The notes under the pieces were generated by a model. That model saw only the letters and a program-made list of their open reading frames with translations. It was not told the origin of the DNA and searched no databases. Source: a virus (taxonomy: Duplodnaviria > Heunggongvirae > Uroviricota > Caudoviricetes). Taken from it: 64,000 nucleotides of DNA. Below, piece by piece: positions 39,412-49,019 of this stretch (within the stretch, counting starts at the first letter, position 1; every line of letters begins with the position of its first letter). Location: the IMG/VR virus record IMGVR_UViG_3300032335_000499. The stretch is one strand, 5' to 3'. Position numbers and translations under genes: made by a program.

Positions 39412-41964
39412 ATGGCTCAACCAAATTGGAATACCCCAGTCGGAAGTATCGGCACTTATCCATCTCTAATAGAGATGATACCATTTCAGTTAAGTGCAAG
39501 TGCTGTACTTCCGGCAGTTAGTATTACCTACCAAATAATTAGTGGAAGTCTGCCCGACGGAGTTACTATGACTACTGCCGGGTATATTTCGGGTTTACCG
39601 TCACTAGTAACTGCTAATACTGATTATTCATTTGTAGTTAGAGCCACTGATAATCTTCAAAATATACGAGATAGAACTTTTTCTATCACAATATCTGGAG
39701 TTGCAGCTCCTGAATTTACTACTCCTGCAGGAACTATCATAGAACAATGGGACAGTCTTTGGATTGAATACCCCATTCTATATTCTAATCCTGCAAATGC
39801 AGATGTATTAATAAGGCTTATTCAGGGTAATCTTCCTCCGGGACTAGAAATAAATGAGTTTGGATTAATTAGAGGATACCCTGCGCCACCTACCTTAGGT
39901 ATAACTCTTCCCACAGTGACAACTTATGTCACTTCTACTGCTACCACTACTAACGTACTAACTGGCTTCAGTACAGCTGGGTTCACTTCGGGTAGACCCC
40001 TATCATTTTCCGGTACCGTATTTGGAGGAGTATTCACCGACACTACATATTATGTTAAAGATATCATAGATGACGTATCATTTACTATATCTCTTTCAGC
40101 AAATGGTCCGGAATATCCGCTATCAAATGATATAGGTTATATGACCGTAACACTACCTAATATTAACGTAGGTCAACCTACTATTCGAACTTATTCTTTC
40201 ACTTTAAAACTAGAGAGTGCAGTCGGCGACGATACTGAGTCATATTCTATTACAGTGATAAATCAAAACGCGCCTAACAGCATTGGCGGACCGGGATTCG
40301 GACCAAATACTAGAGTCCCTACTATCTATAATACTAGACCCCCTACCTACGATATTCAAGACGATCCGATAAACTATAGCTATTATATTTTACCCCCTGA
40401 TGGAAGAGGCACTACTTATCCTGCTACTACATTTGCTTATTTGGGACAAATTGCAAGCAACAACTATTTCTCGTTTAAAGTATTAGGTCATGACTTTGAT
40501 AGTAACGATATAAAGTATTTGTTTGCTGATTTACCTTTAGGGTTAGTTGGTAATACAGACACTGGGTGGATTACTGGTAATCCTGTAATTGCAGATAATA
40601 CTATTAGTTCATTCAGCTTTAGGGTAAGTGCATATAAAACTGCAAATCCATCATTGACTACCCCGTTTGTTGGGTTTTCATTCAGACTTGCAACAGGAAT
40701 TGACGGCGCCATTCTTTGGGTATCAAATACTGATTTAGGTACTATCTTTAACGGCACAGTAAGTAATGCTAAAGTTGAGGCAGTATCAGATGTTGCCTTA
40801 CAATATAGGGTGGTATCCGGTACACTACCACCTAACTTGACATTACTAAGTAACGGGGAAATTTCAGGCGTTGTAGCATATCAACCTAATGAAACATTTA
40901 CTGACCCGAATACTTCAACTACGTTTACCTTTACAGTCGAAGCATACTCTCCGCAATTTGCAGTAGTATCTTCTCAGCAGACATTTACTATGACAGTGTT
41001 CCAAGAATATAGTCAACCCACAGACACGTTGTATATTAAATGTTCACCTAGCATCGCAGATAGAACCTTATTGTCAAGCTTACTTAACAATGAGCAACTT
41101 ATCCCCAGTGATTTCTTGTATAGAGCAGAGGATCCGTACTTCGGTAAAGCAACCAGCGTAATATATGAACATGCGTTTGGTATCTATGCCAGCTCATTCG
41201 ATGAGTATATCACCGCAGTAACTAAAAATCACTACTGGAGAAACATAACCTTAGGTGAAATTGAAACTGCTATTGCTCGTGATACTGACACTGGCGAAAT
41301 TCTATACGAAGTCGTATACAGCAGAGTTATCGACAATTTGGTAAATCCGCAAGGCGTTAGTGTAGACAAGGAAGTAGTGTGGCCTAGAAGTATACCACTA
41401 TCTCTTGGACCATGGTACACTAGTATCACTGACATATATACTAGCTATATCGGAATAGATAGTCCTCCCCCTACTTATTACACTAGTTTGACTCCGGGAG
41501 AGGCTAGAATACTTTATCCAAACAGTTTGCCCAACATGAGAGAGCAAGTGGGTGACGTACTGGGTCAAGAATTTAATAGTAATCTTCTTCCTAAATGGAT
41601 GACAAGTCAGCAGTTAAACGGTTCTACTACTGGGTTTGTCCCGGCTTGGGTAATCGCATACTGTAGTCCAGGCACAACTACCTTGAACGGACAGATTGTT
41701 TCTTACGGCGAGTATATCAAGTATCAGATAGAAAACAACTGGAAAGATCCGGTTGGCGACGTAAATACACTAAATCAAATCAATTTTAGAATTGATAGAT
41801 TCACCGTAGACAAGTCAATTACATTTAACTACGATAAGAATGTTAGTCCTCCCGCATGGACTGGGTTACCAAGCGCAAGTCCAGTTCCTAATCCACTGGA
41901 CAGCAAAGACTTTTACGTATTGTTTCCTAGAAAAACAATTTTACCCGACCAAACACAGTACTAA
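39412..41964 (+). CDS. Ig-like repeat virion/baseplate protein
   Basis: Repeated SGSLPDG/GNLPPGL/SGTLPPNL...G.ISG putative-Ig motifs. Confidence 0.7.
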   Translation: MAQPNWNTPVGSIGTYPSLIEMIPFQLSASAVLPAVSITYQIISGSLPDGVTMTTAGYISGLPSLVTANTDYSFVVRATDNLQNIRDRTFSITISGVAAPEFTTPAGTIIEQWDSLWIEYPILYSNPANADVLIRLIQGNLPPGLEINEFGLIRGYPAPPTLGITLPTVTTYVTSTATTTNVLTGFSTAGFTSGRPLSFSGTVFGGVFTDTTYYVKDIIDDVSFTISLSANGPEYPLSNDIGYMTVTLPNINVGQPTIRTYSFTLKLESAVGDDTESYSITVINQNAPNSIGGPGFGPNTRVPTIYNTRPPTYDIQDDPINYSYYILPPDGRGTTYPATTFAYLGQIASNNYFSFKVLGHDFDSNDIKYLFADLPLGLVGNTDTGWITGNPVIADNTISSFSFRVSAYKTANPSLTTPFVGFSFRLATGIDGAILWVSNTDLGTIFNGTVSNAKVEAVSDVALQYRVVSGTLPPNLTLLSNGEISGVVAYQPNETFTDPNTSTTFTFTVEAYSPQFAVVSSQQTFTMTVFQEYSQPTDTLYIKCSPSIADRTLLSSLLNNEQLIPSDFLYRAEDPYFGKATSVIYEHAFGIYASSFDEYITAVTKNHYWRNITLGEIETAIARDTDTGEILYEVVYSRVIDNLVNPQGVSVDKEVVWPRSIPLSLGPWYTSITDIYTSYIGIDSPPPTYYTSLTPGEARILYPNSLPNMREQVGDVLGQEFNSNLLPKWMTSQQLNGSTTGFVPAWVIAYCSPGTTTLNGQIVSYGEYIKYQIENNWKDPVGDVNTLNQINFRIDRFTVDKSITFNYDKNVSPPAWTGLPSASPVPNPLDSKDFYVLFPRKTILPDQTQY

Positions 41965-41967
41965 ATA
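41961..41967 (+). promoter_or_regulatory. late promoter CTAAATA
   Basis: Overlaps stop of upstream gene. Confidence 0.6.
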
Positions 41968-41987
41968 CATTACGGAAATAGAGAATT

Positions 41988-43292
41988 ATGAGCCAAATTA
42001 ACACTAACGGAATAAACACTAACTATCCAGAACCGGGAACCAATAATAGTTCTCAGGGTTTTAGGGATAACTTTTCTCAGATCAGAACTAATTTAGATAC
42101 TGCTTCAAACGAAATCACTGATTTGCAGAACAAAGTTGTGGTTAAGACTGCCCTCAACGGCACTGTTCTTAACAATGACATGGGTAATACTCTTATTAGT
42201 AATGCTTCAACTAGCGGATTTAGAGCCACAACTTACAATTTAGGTAATGCATTGTCGGGTACGGTACTTGTCGATGTAAATCGTGCTGATGTACAGTATG
42301 GAGCAGTTACTGGTAATGTTACTTTGCAGTTTGGTGGTTGGGCACCCACAAATACAGAAAGCAATGTAGTATTAAGACTTACTGTTGCTAACGTAGATGC
42401 AACGATTTCTTTACCAAATGCTGCCGTGTCAGCTAATAATAACTTTGGTGTAACTATTCTTGAAAATTATCAAGATGTAAGTGGTACTGCAACATTAACT
42501 GCCCCAGCAAATGTGAGCATCATTGAATATACCTTCAGCACATTAGATTGCGGTAATACTATTAGTGTATCACCTACTAACAGACCGTTTCAATCTACAC
42601 AAATCATCAATCGTGATCCTGCCCCAACCGGACTGCCGGGCGATGTTGTCGGGACAGTTGCAGTTGGAAACAGTGTGGGCGAGCTTAACGTTACTTCCAC
42701 TATTGGTACCGGCAACTATATTATTGTAGGTTCAACCTCTGGGCTATATACTGAATTACCTATTGTATTTACCGGAAACACTGATGCTGCTAATAGCAAC
42801 ATTACAGCAGGAACTACTTATTATGTAAGCACAGTTGCTAATGCTACTGCATTTACAGTTTCTACTGCGGCCAGCGGCTCAGAACTTAATGTAGGGACAA
42901 GTTCTCAAGCATTTAACGGTAATCCAATTAGCTATCTATATGTATGCACTGATGCGTTTGATTCTACTATCTATCCAAAGACTGTAGGGAACACCTATAG
43001 TGGAAATTTGGTTCAGATGTCTACTACTAACAATTTAGCAGTAAATGCTCCTATCGTGTTTACTGGAAACGTAGACACTGCAAATACTAATTTAGTTGCT
43101 AACTCAGTCTATTATATCAAAACTATTGTTGATGTGGATAGTCCTTTAGGAAACATTACTATTAGTGCTACTAGAACAAGTGGTACTGCTGGATCTACTT
43201 TTGCAGTAGGGGCTAAAGCAAACTTAACTATCGACGCAAATGCTTATATTGGCACTGATGTTTGGAAGCGTGTGGCGCTAACCACTTGGTAA
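41988..43292 (+). CDS. virion structural (fibre-like) protein
   Basis: NNSSQGFRDNF coiled start, two YYV beta modules, ends WKRVALTTW. Confidence 0.65.
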   Translation: MSQINTNGINTNYPEPGTNNSSQGFRDNFSQIRTNLDTASNEITDLQNKVVVKTALNGTVLNNDMGNTLISNASTSGFRATTYNLGNALSGTVLVDVNRADVQYGAVTGNVTLQFGGWAPTNTESNVVLRLTVANVDATISLPNAAVSANNNFGVTILENYQDVSGTATLTAPANVSIIEYTFSTLDCGNTISVSPTNRPFQSTQIINRDPAPTGLPGDVVGTVAVGNSVGELNVTSTIGTGNYIIVGSTSGLYTELPIVFTGNTDAANSNITAGTTYYVSTVANATAFTVSTAASGSELNVGTSSQAFNGNPISYLYVCTDAFDSTIYPKTVGNTYSGNLVQMSTTNNLAVNAPIVFTGNVDTANTNLVANSVYYIKTIVDVDSPLGNITISATRTSGTAGSTFAVGAKANLTIDANAYIGTDVWKRVALTTW

Positions 43293-43298
43293 TATAAT

Positions 43299-43541
43299 AT
43301 GGAGCACCCATTCTTAAACAAAGCAGACTTGAAAGAAATGTCAACGGAACAACTACAAGAACAAATGACAAGTCTTAATAACAAGTTGACATTTGCATAT
43401 CGTATGGGCAACGGTCCTCTTATCCATCAATTGCAGATGGTATTAGAAACTTACCGTAATCAATTCACTAGCAAGATGGATGAGTTATTTGAAAAACAAA
43501 ACATCAAAAGTCAAATCAACATTGAATCTGATAAAAAATGA
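43299..43541 (+). CDS. hypothetical helical protein
   Basis: 80 aa. Confidence 0.65.
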   Translation: MEHPFLNKADLKEMSTEQLQEQMTSLNNKLTFAYRMGNGPLIHQLQMVLETYRNQFTSKMDELFEKQNIKSQINIESDKK

Positions 43542-44098
43542 TAACTAGGATTGAGAAAGATTTCTTTTTTCTTGCAGGGGTGCATTTTGATGATGCATAC
43601 TTCATCAACTCCTACGACTTGACGGCATCATTTTTGGTAGAGTCTGACTGCCCCAAAGAACATCACATTGCAATGAGCAGACTTGAGCATTTTATCAAGG
43701 ATATAATGTCTAACGTAGTCTTCGTTCATCAGGATGAGGTTGACGCAATCGAACGCTACGAAGCAGCCGGAATTCAAGTATGTGAGCTTCCAGAGATTCC
43801 ATTAGATCAAGTAGTAGCTATTGTATTGTTGCTAAAAATGAATGCGATTATGGAAGGCAGAATGAAGATAACGGATGTCACCGTAGGTTCTCTATTGGGC
43901 GAAGGTGTGCGGTATCCTATAGTATCTGAACTTGCAGAGAGTGCAGATATGGTGGCAGGCAATCATTGGTGGCACAAACCAGATAAGAACGTGTCTGATA
44001 AGAACATCGAATTCAATACTGATAATGTTGTTAAGCTGTTTTTCGATGATGATTGGGTAGATATGGGACTATCCTGGAAAGATAAAACTAACATTTAA
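43538..44098 (+). CDS. hypothetical protein
   Basis: 186 aa, ATGA overlap. Confidence 0.7.
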   Translation: MITRIEKDFFFLAGVHFDDAYFINSYDLTASFLVESDCPKEHHIAMSRLEHFIKDIMSNVVFVHQDEVDAIERYEAAGIQVCELPEIPLDQVVAIVLLLKMNAIMEGRMKITDVTVGSLLGEGVRYPIVSELAESADMVAGNHWWHKPDKNVSDKNIEFNTDNVVKLFFDDDWVDMGLSWKDKTNI

Positions 44099-44099
44099 C

Positions 44100-44128
44100 T
44101 TGACATTCTTTAAATTTAATGTCATAAT
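44100..44128 (+). promoter_or_regulatory. sigma70 promoter (leaderless) containing an inverted repeat
   Basis: TTGACA-N17-CATAAT, ATG 6 nt downstream; TGACATT...AATGTCA dyad. Confidence 0.75.
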
Positions 44129-44134
44129 GCTATT

Positions 44135-44644
44135 ATGATAATCGACACATACGGTCAGCAAATCTATAGCGAACAGGACTTGATTGACATTTATATGTCT
44201 AATCCTGAAAAAAGCTTCACCGCGCCTATCCTAGTCTCAGAAAATATTGTGTTTAATAGCAATTTAGATTTGGATAATGTTCCGAATTTAATTATGTATG
44301 CTGTGAGTGACGATTCTATTGAGCAATTCGATCAGCAGTGTCGTGATAATTGGTTCTTCCCGCAAGAATATAAGAACTTTGACATTGCAAAGTACGTACT
44401 AGACCAATGTCAAAATGAAGAAGAACTACAACGTGCAGGCAAAGAACTATTACTATACCAAGAACGTGACATGTTCGTACTATTACAGTATTTAAAGTAT
44501 CTAGTTGATACTATGCGAAACAATAACATTGTTTGGGGAGTAGGAAGGGGATCTAGTGTCGCAAGTTTCGTGTTATACTTGATAGGTGTACACAAGATTA
44601 ACTCTCTTTATTACGACCTCCCTATCGAAGAATTTTTAAAGTAA
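44135..44644 (+). CDS. DNA polymerase III alpha (DnaE)-like fragment
   Basis: R..KEL...YLVD.MR.NNIVWGVGRGSSVASFVLYLIGVHKINSL.YDL...EFLK matches the DnaE GPGRGS region. Confidence 0.8.
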   Translation: MIIDTYGQQIYSEQDLIDIYMSNPEKSFTAPILVSENIVFNSNLDLDNVPNLIMYAVSDDSIEQFDQQCRDNWFFPQEYKNFDIAKYVLDQCQNEEELQRAGKELLLYQERDMFVLLQYLKYLVDTMRNNNIVWGVGRGSSVASFVLYLIGVHKINSLYYDLPIEEFLK

Positions 44645-44660
44645 TCGCAGTTTTCAGAAC

Positions 44661-44667
44661 ATAAATA
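44661..44667 (+). promoter_or_regulatory. late promoter ATAAATA
   Basis: Before AAGGAG RBS. Confidence 0.7.
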
Positions 44668-44685
44668 TAAGAAAGGAGTAAAGCA

Positions 44686-45090
44686 ATGGGAATCTATAGA
44701 ACAGCACAAGGCAAAAGGTTAGATATGGCGTCACTCGCCGCCAAAAATGAAAAGACTCGTGCAGTGGGTAACATGAACGTTAACGCTAGGGGTGACACTA
44801 TTGACAGTCATGGAAAAGTTGTTGTTCCGGTAACTAGAAAAGTAGGAAACCGATACAACAACTCAGTAGCTAATCCTGAATCAAACAGAGCAAGATCAAC
44901 AGTCCGAGCGAAGCCAGAATCTTCACCGGAAGTTGATACAACACCCGCACCGGTAGTTGAAGAAGAACTAGTTGAATCTATGTTTGATGAAATGACCGAC
45001 GAGGATTTAGAATTTCTAGAACCATCCGACGAAGATTTGGAAATCGAAGAAATCAAAAAAGCAGAAATAGCAAAAACTAAGAAAAAGTAA
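44686..45090 (+). CDS. hypothetical protein with acidic tail
   Basis: YRTAQGK, AVGNMNVNARGD. Confidence 0.7.
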   Translation: MGIYRTAQGKRLDMASLAAKNEKTRAVGNMNVNARGDTIDSHGKVVVPVTRKVGNRYNNSVANPESNRARSTVRAKPESSPEVDTTPAPVVEEELVESMFDEMTDEDLEFLEPSDEDLEIEEIKKAEIAKTKKK

Positions 45091-45092
45091 AC

Positions 45093-45461
45093 ATGGCAGA
45101 AAAACGTAATTTAACTACTGCAAAGTTTAAAGAGTTCCGAGCAATCGGAGATCACATCCTAGTTCATGGGATGGAATTTAGAGAGCGTCTAAGTCGTGGT
45201 GGAATCATCATGATTAACGACGATATGAAAAGTGCGGGTATTCGTCCAAGATGGGCGCAAATATACTCAATAGGACCTAAATGTAAAGAAGACCTTAAAG
45301 TAGGTGATTATATTATGATAGCACACGGTCGCTGGAGTCGTGGTATGACCATTGAAGACTCTGAAGGCGAGAAAACAATCCGTAAGGTAGATCCAAACGA
45401 TATTTTATTAATTAGCGAAACACCAGTTAACGATTACACAATGACAGATAAAGAATATTGA
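45093..45461 (+). CDS. groES: GroES-like co-chaperonin
   Basis: RAIGDHILV...SRGGII...IYSIGP...LKVGDYI...DILL. Confidence 0.75.
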   Translation: MAEKRNLTTAKFKEFRAIGDHILVHGMEFRERLSRGGIIMINDDMKSAGIRPRWAQIYSIGPKCKEDLKVGDYIMIAHGRWSRGMTIEDSEGEKTIRKVDPNDILLISETPVNDYTMTDKEY

Positions 45462-45532
45462 TACATTAAGAAAGGGAAAGTGAGAAATAATTGAATGATT
45501 GCTGCAATGGATCAATCACTTTCCCAAACTTA

Positions 45533-45561
45533 TTGACATTTTTATCAACCTATACTATACT
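45533..45561 (+). promoter_or_regulatory. sigma70 promoter (leaderless)
   Basis: TTGACA-N17-TATACT, ATG 5 nt downstream. Confidence 0.75.
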
Positions 45562-45566
45562 AAGAT

Positions 45567-45755
45567 ATGAATAAAAAACCCGACAACACTACACTAATAG
45601 CAACAGCAGCAGTAACACTTGCGGCCGCTGCCGCTACCTATATGTTTTTCAAAACATACCAGACTATGAAGAAATTGGAAGATTTAGAACTTGACTTCGG
45701 TAACGATGAGGGTCTATTATCAATGCTTAAAGCGAGGGATAATAATGAAGAATAA
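45567..45755 (+). CDS. small single-TM membrane protein
   Basis: LIATAAVTLAAAAATYMFF hydrophobic stretch. Confidence 0.6.
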   Translation: MNKKPDNTTLIATAAVTLAAAAATYMFFKTYQTMKKLEDLELDFGNDEGLLSMLKARDNNEE

Positions 45756-46671
45756 TCTTTGGGTAGAGAAGTATCGTCCGAAGTCTGTTGAGGACTATGT
45801 GTTCGTCAACGAACAGCAACGAACACAAGTTCAAGCTTGGATAGCTGAGGGTTCTATTCCTCATCTATTGTTGTCAGGTGACCCGGGTACAGGCAAGACC
45901 ACTCTTGCGAAAGTTCTCATCAACGAACTAGGCATTGAAGAATTCGATGTACTAGAAATCAATGCTAGTCGTGAAAACGGCATCGATAATATGCGTGACC
46001 GAATCAATGGATTCGTTCAAACTATGCCTTTTGGTAAGTTCAAGATTGTATTACTTGATGAAGCTGACTATCTAACTCAGGCTGCACAAGCTGCACTGCG
46101 TAATGATATGGAAGCCTATGCTGATACGTGTCGGTACATTCTGACTTGTAACTACGAACACAAGATTATTCCTGCATTGCGTGAAAGTCGTTGCTACAAG
46201 TTTCATATCGCTAAGCCCGACATGACTGACTTTACTGCTCGTGCTGCAACAGTGTTGATTACTGAAAATGTTGATTTTGATTTGGATGACCTTGACACTT
46301 ATGTTCGTGGTTGTTATCCCGATCTTCGTAAATGTTTGAATCAGTTACAGCAGAATTCTACTACTGGTAAGCTAGGTAAGCCACAGTCAACTGGTAGCGG
46401 CGAAGATGAACTTCTAATGGCAGCAGCAGAACAATTCAAGGCTGGTAAGGTACTTGAAGGTCGTCAACAGTTGATGCAATATATCGCTATGTATCCTACT
46501 AGACTTGAGGATGTGTATCGCTGGATGTATGACAATCTTGACCTTTGGGGAAGCGCACAAGAGAAGAAGGATGCAAGCATCATCTTCATTCGCAATGGTC
46601 TTGCCAATCTTCCTCTTGTAGGCATCCCCGAAATTAGTTTGGCAGCGACACTCGTAGAGTTGACAACTTAA
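45745..46671 (+). CDS. gp44: sliding clamp loader AAA+ subunit
   Basis: WVEKYRP, GDPGTGKT, LLDEAD, SRC motif; start at ATG 45745. Confidence 0.92.
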   Translation: MKNNLWVEKYRPKSVEDYVFVNEQQRTQVQAWIAEGSIPHLLLSGDPGTGKTTLAKVLINELGIEEFDVLEINASRENGIDNMRDRINGFVQTMPFGKFKIVLLDEADYLTQAAQAALRNDMEAYADTCRYILTCNYEHKIIPALRESRCYKFHIAKPDMTDFTARAATVLITENVDFDLDDLDTYVRGCYPDLRKCLNQLQQNSTTGKLGKPQSTGSGEDELLMAAAEQFKAGKVLEGRQQLMQYIAMYPTRLEDVYRWMYDNLDLWGSAQEKKDASIIFIRNGLANLPLVGIPEISLAATLVELTT

Positions 46672-46682
46672 AGGAGAATACA

Positions 46683-47762
46683 ATGATTAAAAATATATTA
46701 ACAGGAGTGCTAGCCTTTACATTAGCAACTAGTGCAGTAGCAGAAGATGAACCAACAACATTGCTAAGCGCCGGGACCATAAGCCCTTACCAAGCTCAAA
46801 AGAACGGGCTATATATGGATGCCGATTTTCTTGCGGTAGTTCCTGCAAACACGAGATTTAAAATAAGTACTCAACCTTGGATGGACACTTCAAACAACAC
46901 TGTTGTTATTTCAGAAATGCCATTTGTGAGTGGTACCAAATACGCCACAGACTATGCAAAAGAAGGTAGTGTATTCAGTGTAACAGTTGATAAAAATTAT
47001 CGTTATTTTGTAGGCAATGGATTACCAAACACTGAAATGGGCGATTTTCCGGTACAACCTGGCACCCCTGCTTACAAATATTACAGTGCAGCTCCTGGTG
47101 GACATGATTTTAGAACAGGCATTCCTGGTTCAGACTATTCAAGTGCCGCAGCTATTGGTGTCAGTCCTTATGTTTTAAATATACAACTACCTAAGCGTCC
47201 TAAGAGGAGTGCTAAACCAGTTGCTATTGCTGCACTACCTATTGGTGTAACTCTAACTGGAACAGTATGGCATGCCGAGATTGCAAATGCTAGTAACGTT
47301 GCATGGTATCCGCCAGCTTCAATCTTACCAGTTGACAAATGCTGGGGTCATCCTTATGCTCAACAGTATCACTTGCATGGTTATTCATGGAAGTGTTTCC
47401 CTAATCAAGGAACAACTGGACATTCACCGTTGTTTGGTTATGCATTAGATGGATATGGTATCTATGGCCCTAGAGGCGATGATGGTAAGATGGTTACTAA
47501 TGACCAGTTAGATGTATGTCACGGTCATGTCGGTAAAGTAATGTGGGACGGTAAATTGAGAAAGATGTATCACTATCACTTGAACAATCAATTTCCGTAC
47601 AGCATTGGTTGCTTTAGAGGTAAGGTTGATTATTCTAAAGCATTAGGGTCAGCCGACTTGAGAGCGCACAACAAGCCTCACGGGACACCGAGCAAGTCAC
47701 ATGACCATAAGAACCACGATGCACCGAATATTATTACTATTCCAAGGGCACCCTTTCAGTGA
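46683..47762 (+). CDS. secreted YHYH-domain protein
   Basis: Signal peptide; DKCWGHP..QYHLH, SPLFGYALDGYGIYG, LDVCHGH, MYHYH. Confidence 0.8.
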   Translation: MIKNILTGVLAFTLATSAVAEDEPTTLLSAGTISPYQAQKNGLYMDADFLAVVPANTRFKISTQPWMDTSNNTVVISEMPFVSGTKYATDYAKEGSVFSVTVDKNYRYFVGNGLPNTEMGDFPVQPGTPAYKYYSAAPGGHDFRTGIPGSDYSSAAAIGVSPYVLNIQLPKRPKRSAKPVAIAALPIGVTLTGTVWHAEIANASNVAWYPPASILPVDKCWGHPYAQQYHLHGYSWKCFPNQGTTGHSPLFGYALDGYGIYGPRGDDGKMVTNDQLDVCHGHVGKVMWDGKLRKMYHYHLNNQFPYSIGCFRGKVDYSKALGSADLRAHNKPHGTPSKSHDHKNHDAPNIITIPRAPFQ

Positions 47763-48058
47763 GATATCTAATTATTTCATTTTTACGTAGAAGAGGCGGA
47801 CAGATTGACGAAATGGTGTCTACCGCAAAGCGTGTTCGCACATCTGATATGGAAAATGCAAATGTCATTCTTGACTTTGCTGATAAAAAAATTGTGAAGT
47901 GTTTGATTGAGGGGAAACCTCATCCTACTGAGTTTGATAAGATGAAAGACTATTACAATAAGGTCTATCCAAACGTAATTCAACAACTAGAACGGGAAGC
48001 CTCTATCACGAAAGATAGAGAAAAACTAGAAGCTAAGCTTGGTGCAGCAAAGAAATAA
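47759..48058 (+). CDS. hypothetical protein
   Basis: 99 aa, GTGA overlap. Confidence 0.7.
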   Translation: MRYLIISFLRRRGGQIDEMVSTAKRVRTSDMENANVILDFADKKIVKCLIEGKPHPTEFDKMKDYYNKVYPNVIQQLEREASITKDREKLEAKLGAAKK

Positions 48059-48083
48059 TAAACGGGGCGAAAGCCCCGTTTAT
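48058..48083. terminator. bidirectional terminator with GAAA tetraloop
   Basis: ATAAACGGGGC-GAAA-GCCCCGTTTAT between convergent genes. Confidence 0.85.
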
Positions 48084-48084
48084 C

Positions 48085-48849
48085 TTATGAATACATATTC
48101 AAAATGTGTTCAATGATAGTATGTCTCCTAATATCTTTAGTATCAAATTCGCAGGTTGTCATGCCTGGCACTTTGTGAGTTTCAATTCTCTGCTTGAGGT
48201 CTAGTAGACCATTATCAGGTGTTTTTCTGTCGGTTTGTTCAACGTCGCCAGTAATGACAATTTTACTGCCCTCACCAATTCTTGTCATTAGCATTTTCAT
48301 CTGACTTGGCGTTGCATTCTGAGCTTCGTCCAGAATGATCCAACTGTGCTTAAAGTTACGGCCTCTACAGAAGGCTAGTGGGGTTATTTCAATAATTTGC
48401 TCCTCGACCATGTACTCCAATTCGTTAGTTGAATAGAATTCTCTCAATACGTCAAACAACGGTCTGACCCAAGGTTCCATCTTTGCATTTAAATCACCGG
48501 GTAAGAACCCGTGTTTTTCATCATCGACTGCTACAGCAGGTCTAGTAAGTAGAATCTTTTTACAATCTCCTTTACGCATAGCTTGTATTGCGGCTAGCAT
48601 TGCAAGATATGTTTTACCGGTTCCCGCAGGTCCACTCACCATAACGATGTCTGTTTCAGGGTCTGTTAATGCTATGATATATTTTTCCTGATTAATACTC
48701 TGTGGTATCAGTTCGACGGGTCTTTGGACTTTTTTGGGTTGGGTTTGTGTAAAGTCAATAGTTTTAGCTTCTTGCACGTAGGGCACGTGCCTACTGTTTC
48801 TGTGTGATCGTGTGTCTTTTCTTAGTTCGCTTGTTTTTCTTTTGCTCAC
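48085..48849 (-). CDS. phoH: PhoH-like ATPase
   Basis: GPAGTGKT, TRPAV, GFLPG, RGRNF, DEAQN, TGDVEQ. Confidence 0.95.
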   Translation of the reverse strand: MSKRKTSELRKDTRSHRNSRHVPYVQEAKTIDFTQTQPKKVQRPVELIPQSINQEKYIIALTDPETDIVMVSGPAGTGKTYLAMLAAIQAMRKGDCKKILLTRPAVAVDDEKHGFLPGDLNAKMEPWVRPLFDVLREFYSTNELEYMVEEQIIEITPLAFCRGRNFKHSWIILDEAQNATPSQMKMLMTRIGEGSKIVITGDVEQTDRKTPDNGLLDLKQRIETHKVPGMTTCEFDTKDIRRHTIIEHILNMYS

Positions 48850-49007
48850 AAATGTCTCCTAATATGATACATTAATGTTGAGAGACCTTCTCTCAGAAAT
48901 ACTTAGAATAGGACGGGTAAGTAAACTATGAGCATGTGAAAAATAGTTTTGAATGATAAATATATTACTCGGTTCTAAGATGATTCTTACATAATGTTGC
49001 TGGAGAG

Positions 49008-49014
49008 ATAAATA
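49008..49014 (+). promoter_or_regulatory. late promoter ATAAATA (leaderless); second copy at 48956-48962
   Basis: 5 nt before ATG 49020. Confidence 0.7.
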
Positions 49015-49019
49015 CTTCT

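Noticed and set aside
43299-43541. Resemblance to ribosomal protein L29 (DLKEMSTEQLQEQ)
   Set aside because: Similarity limited to a generic helix start; C-terminal basic L29 residues are absent
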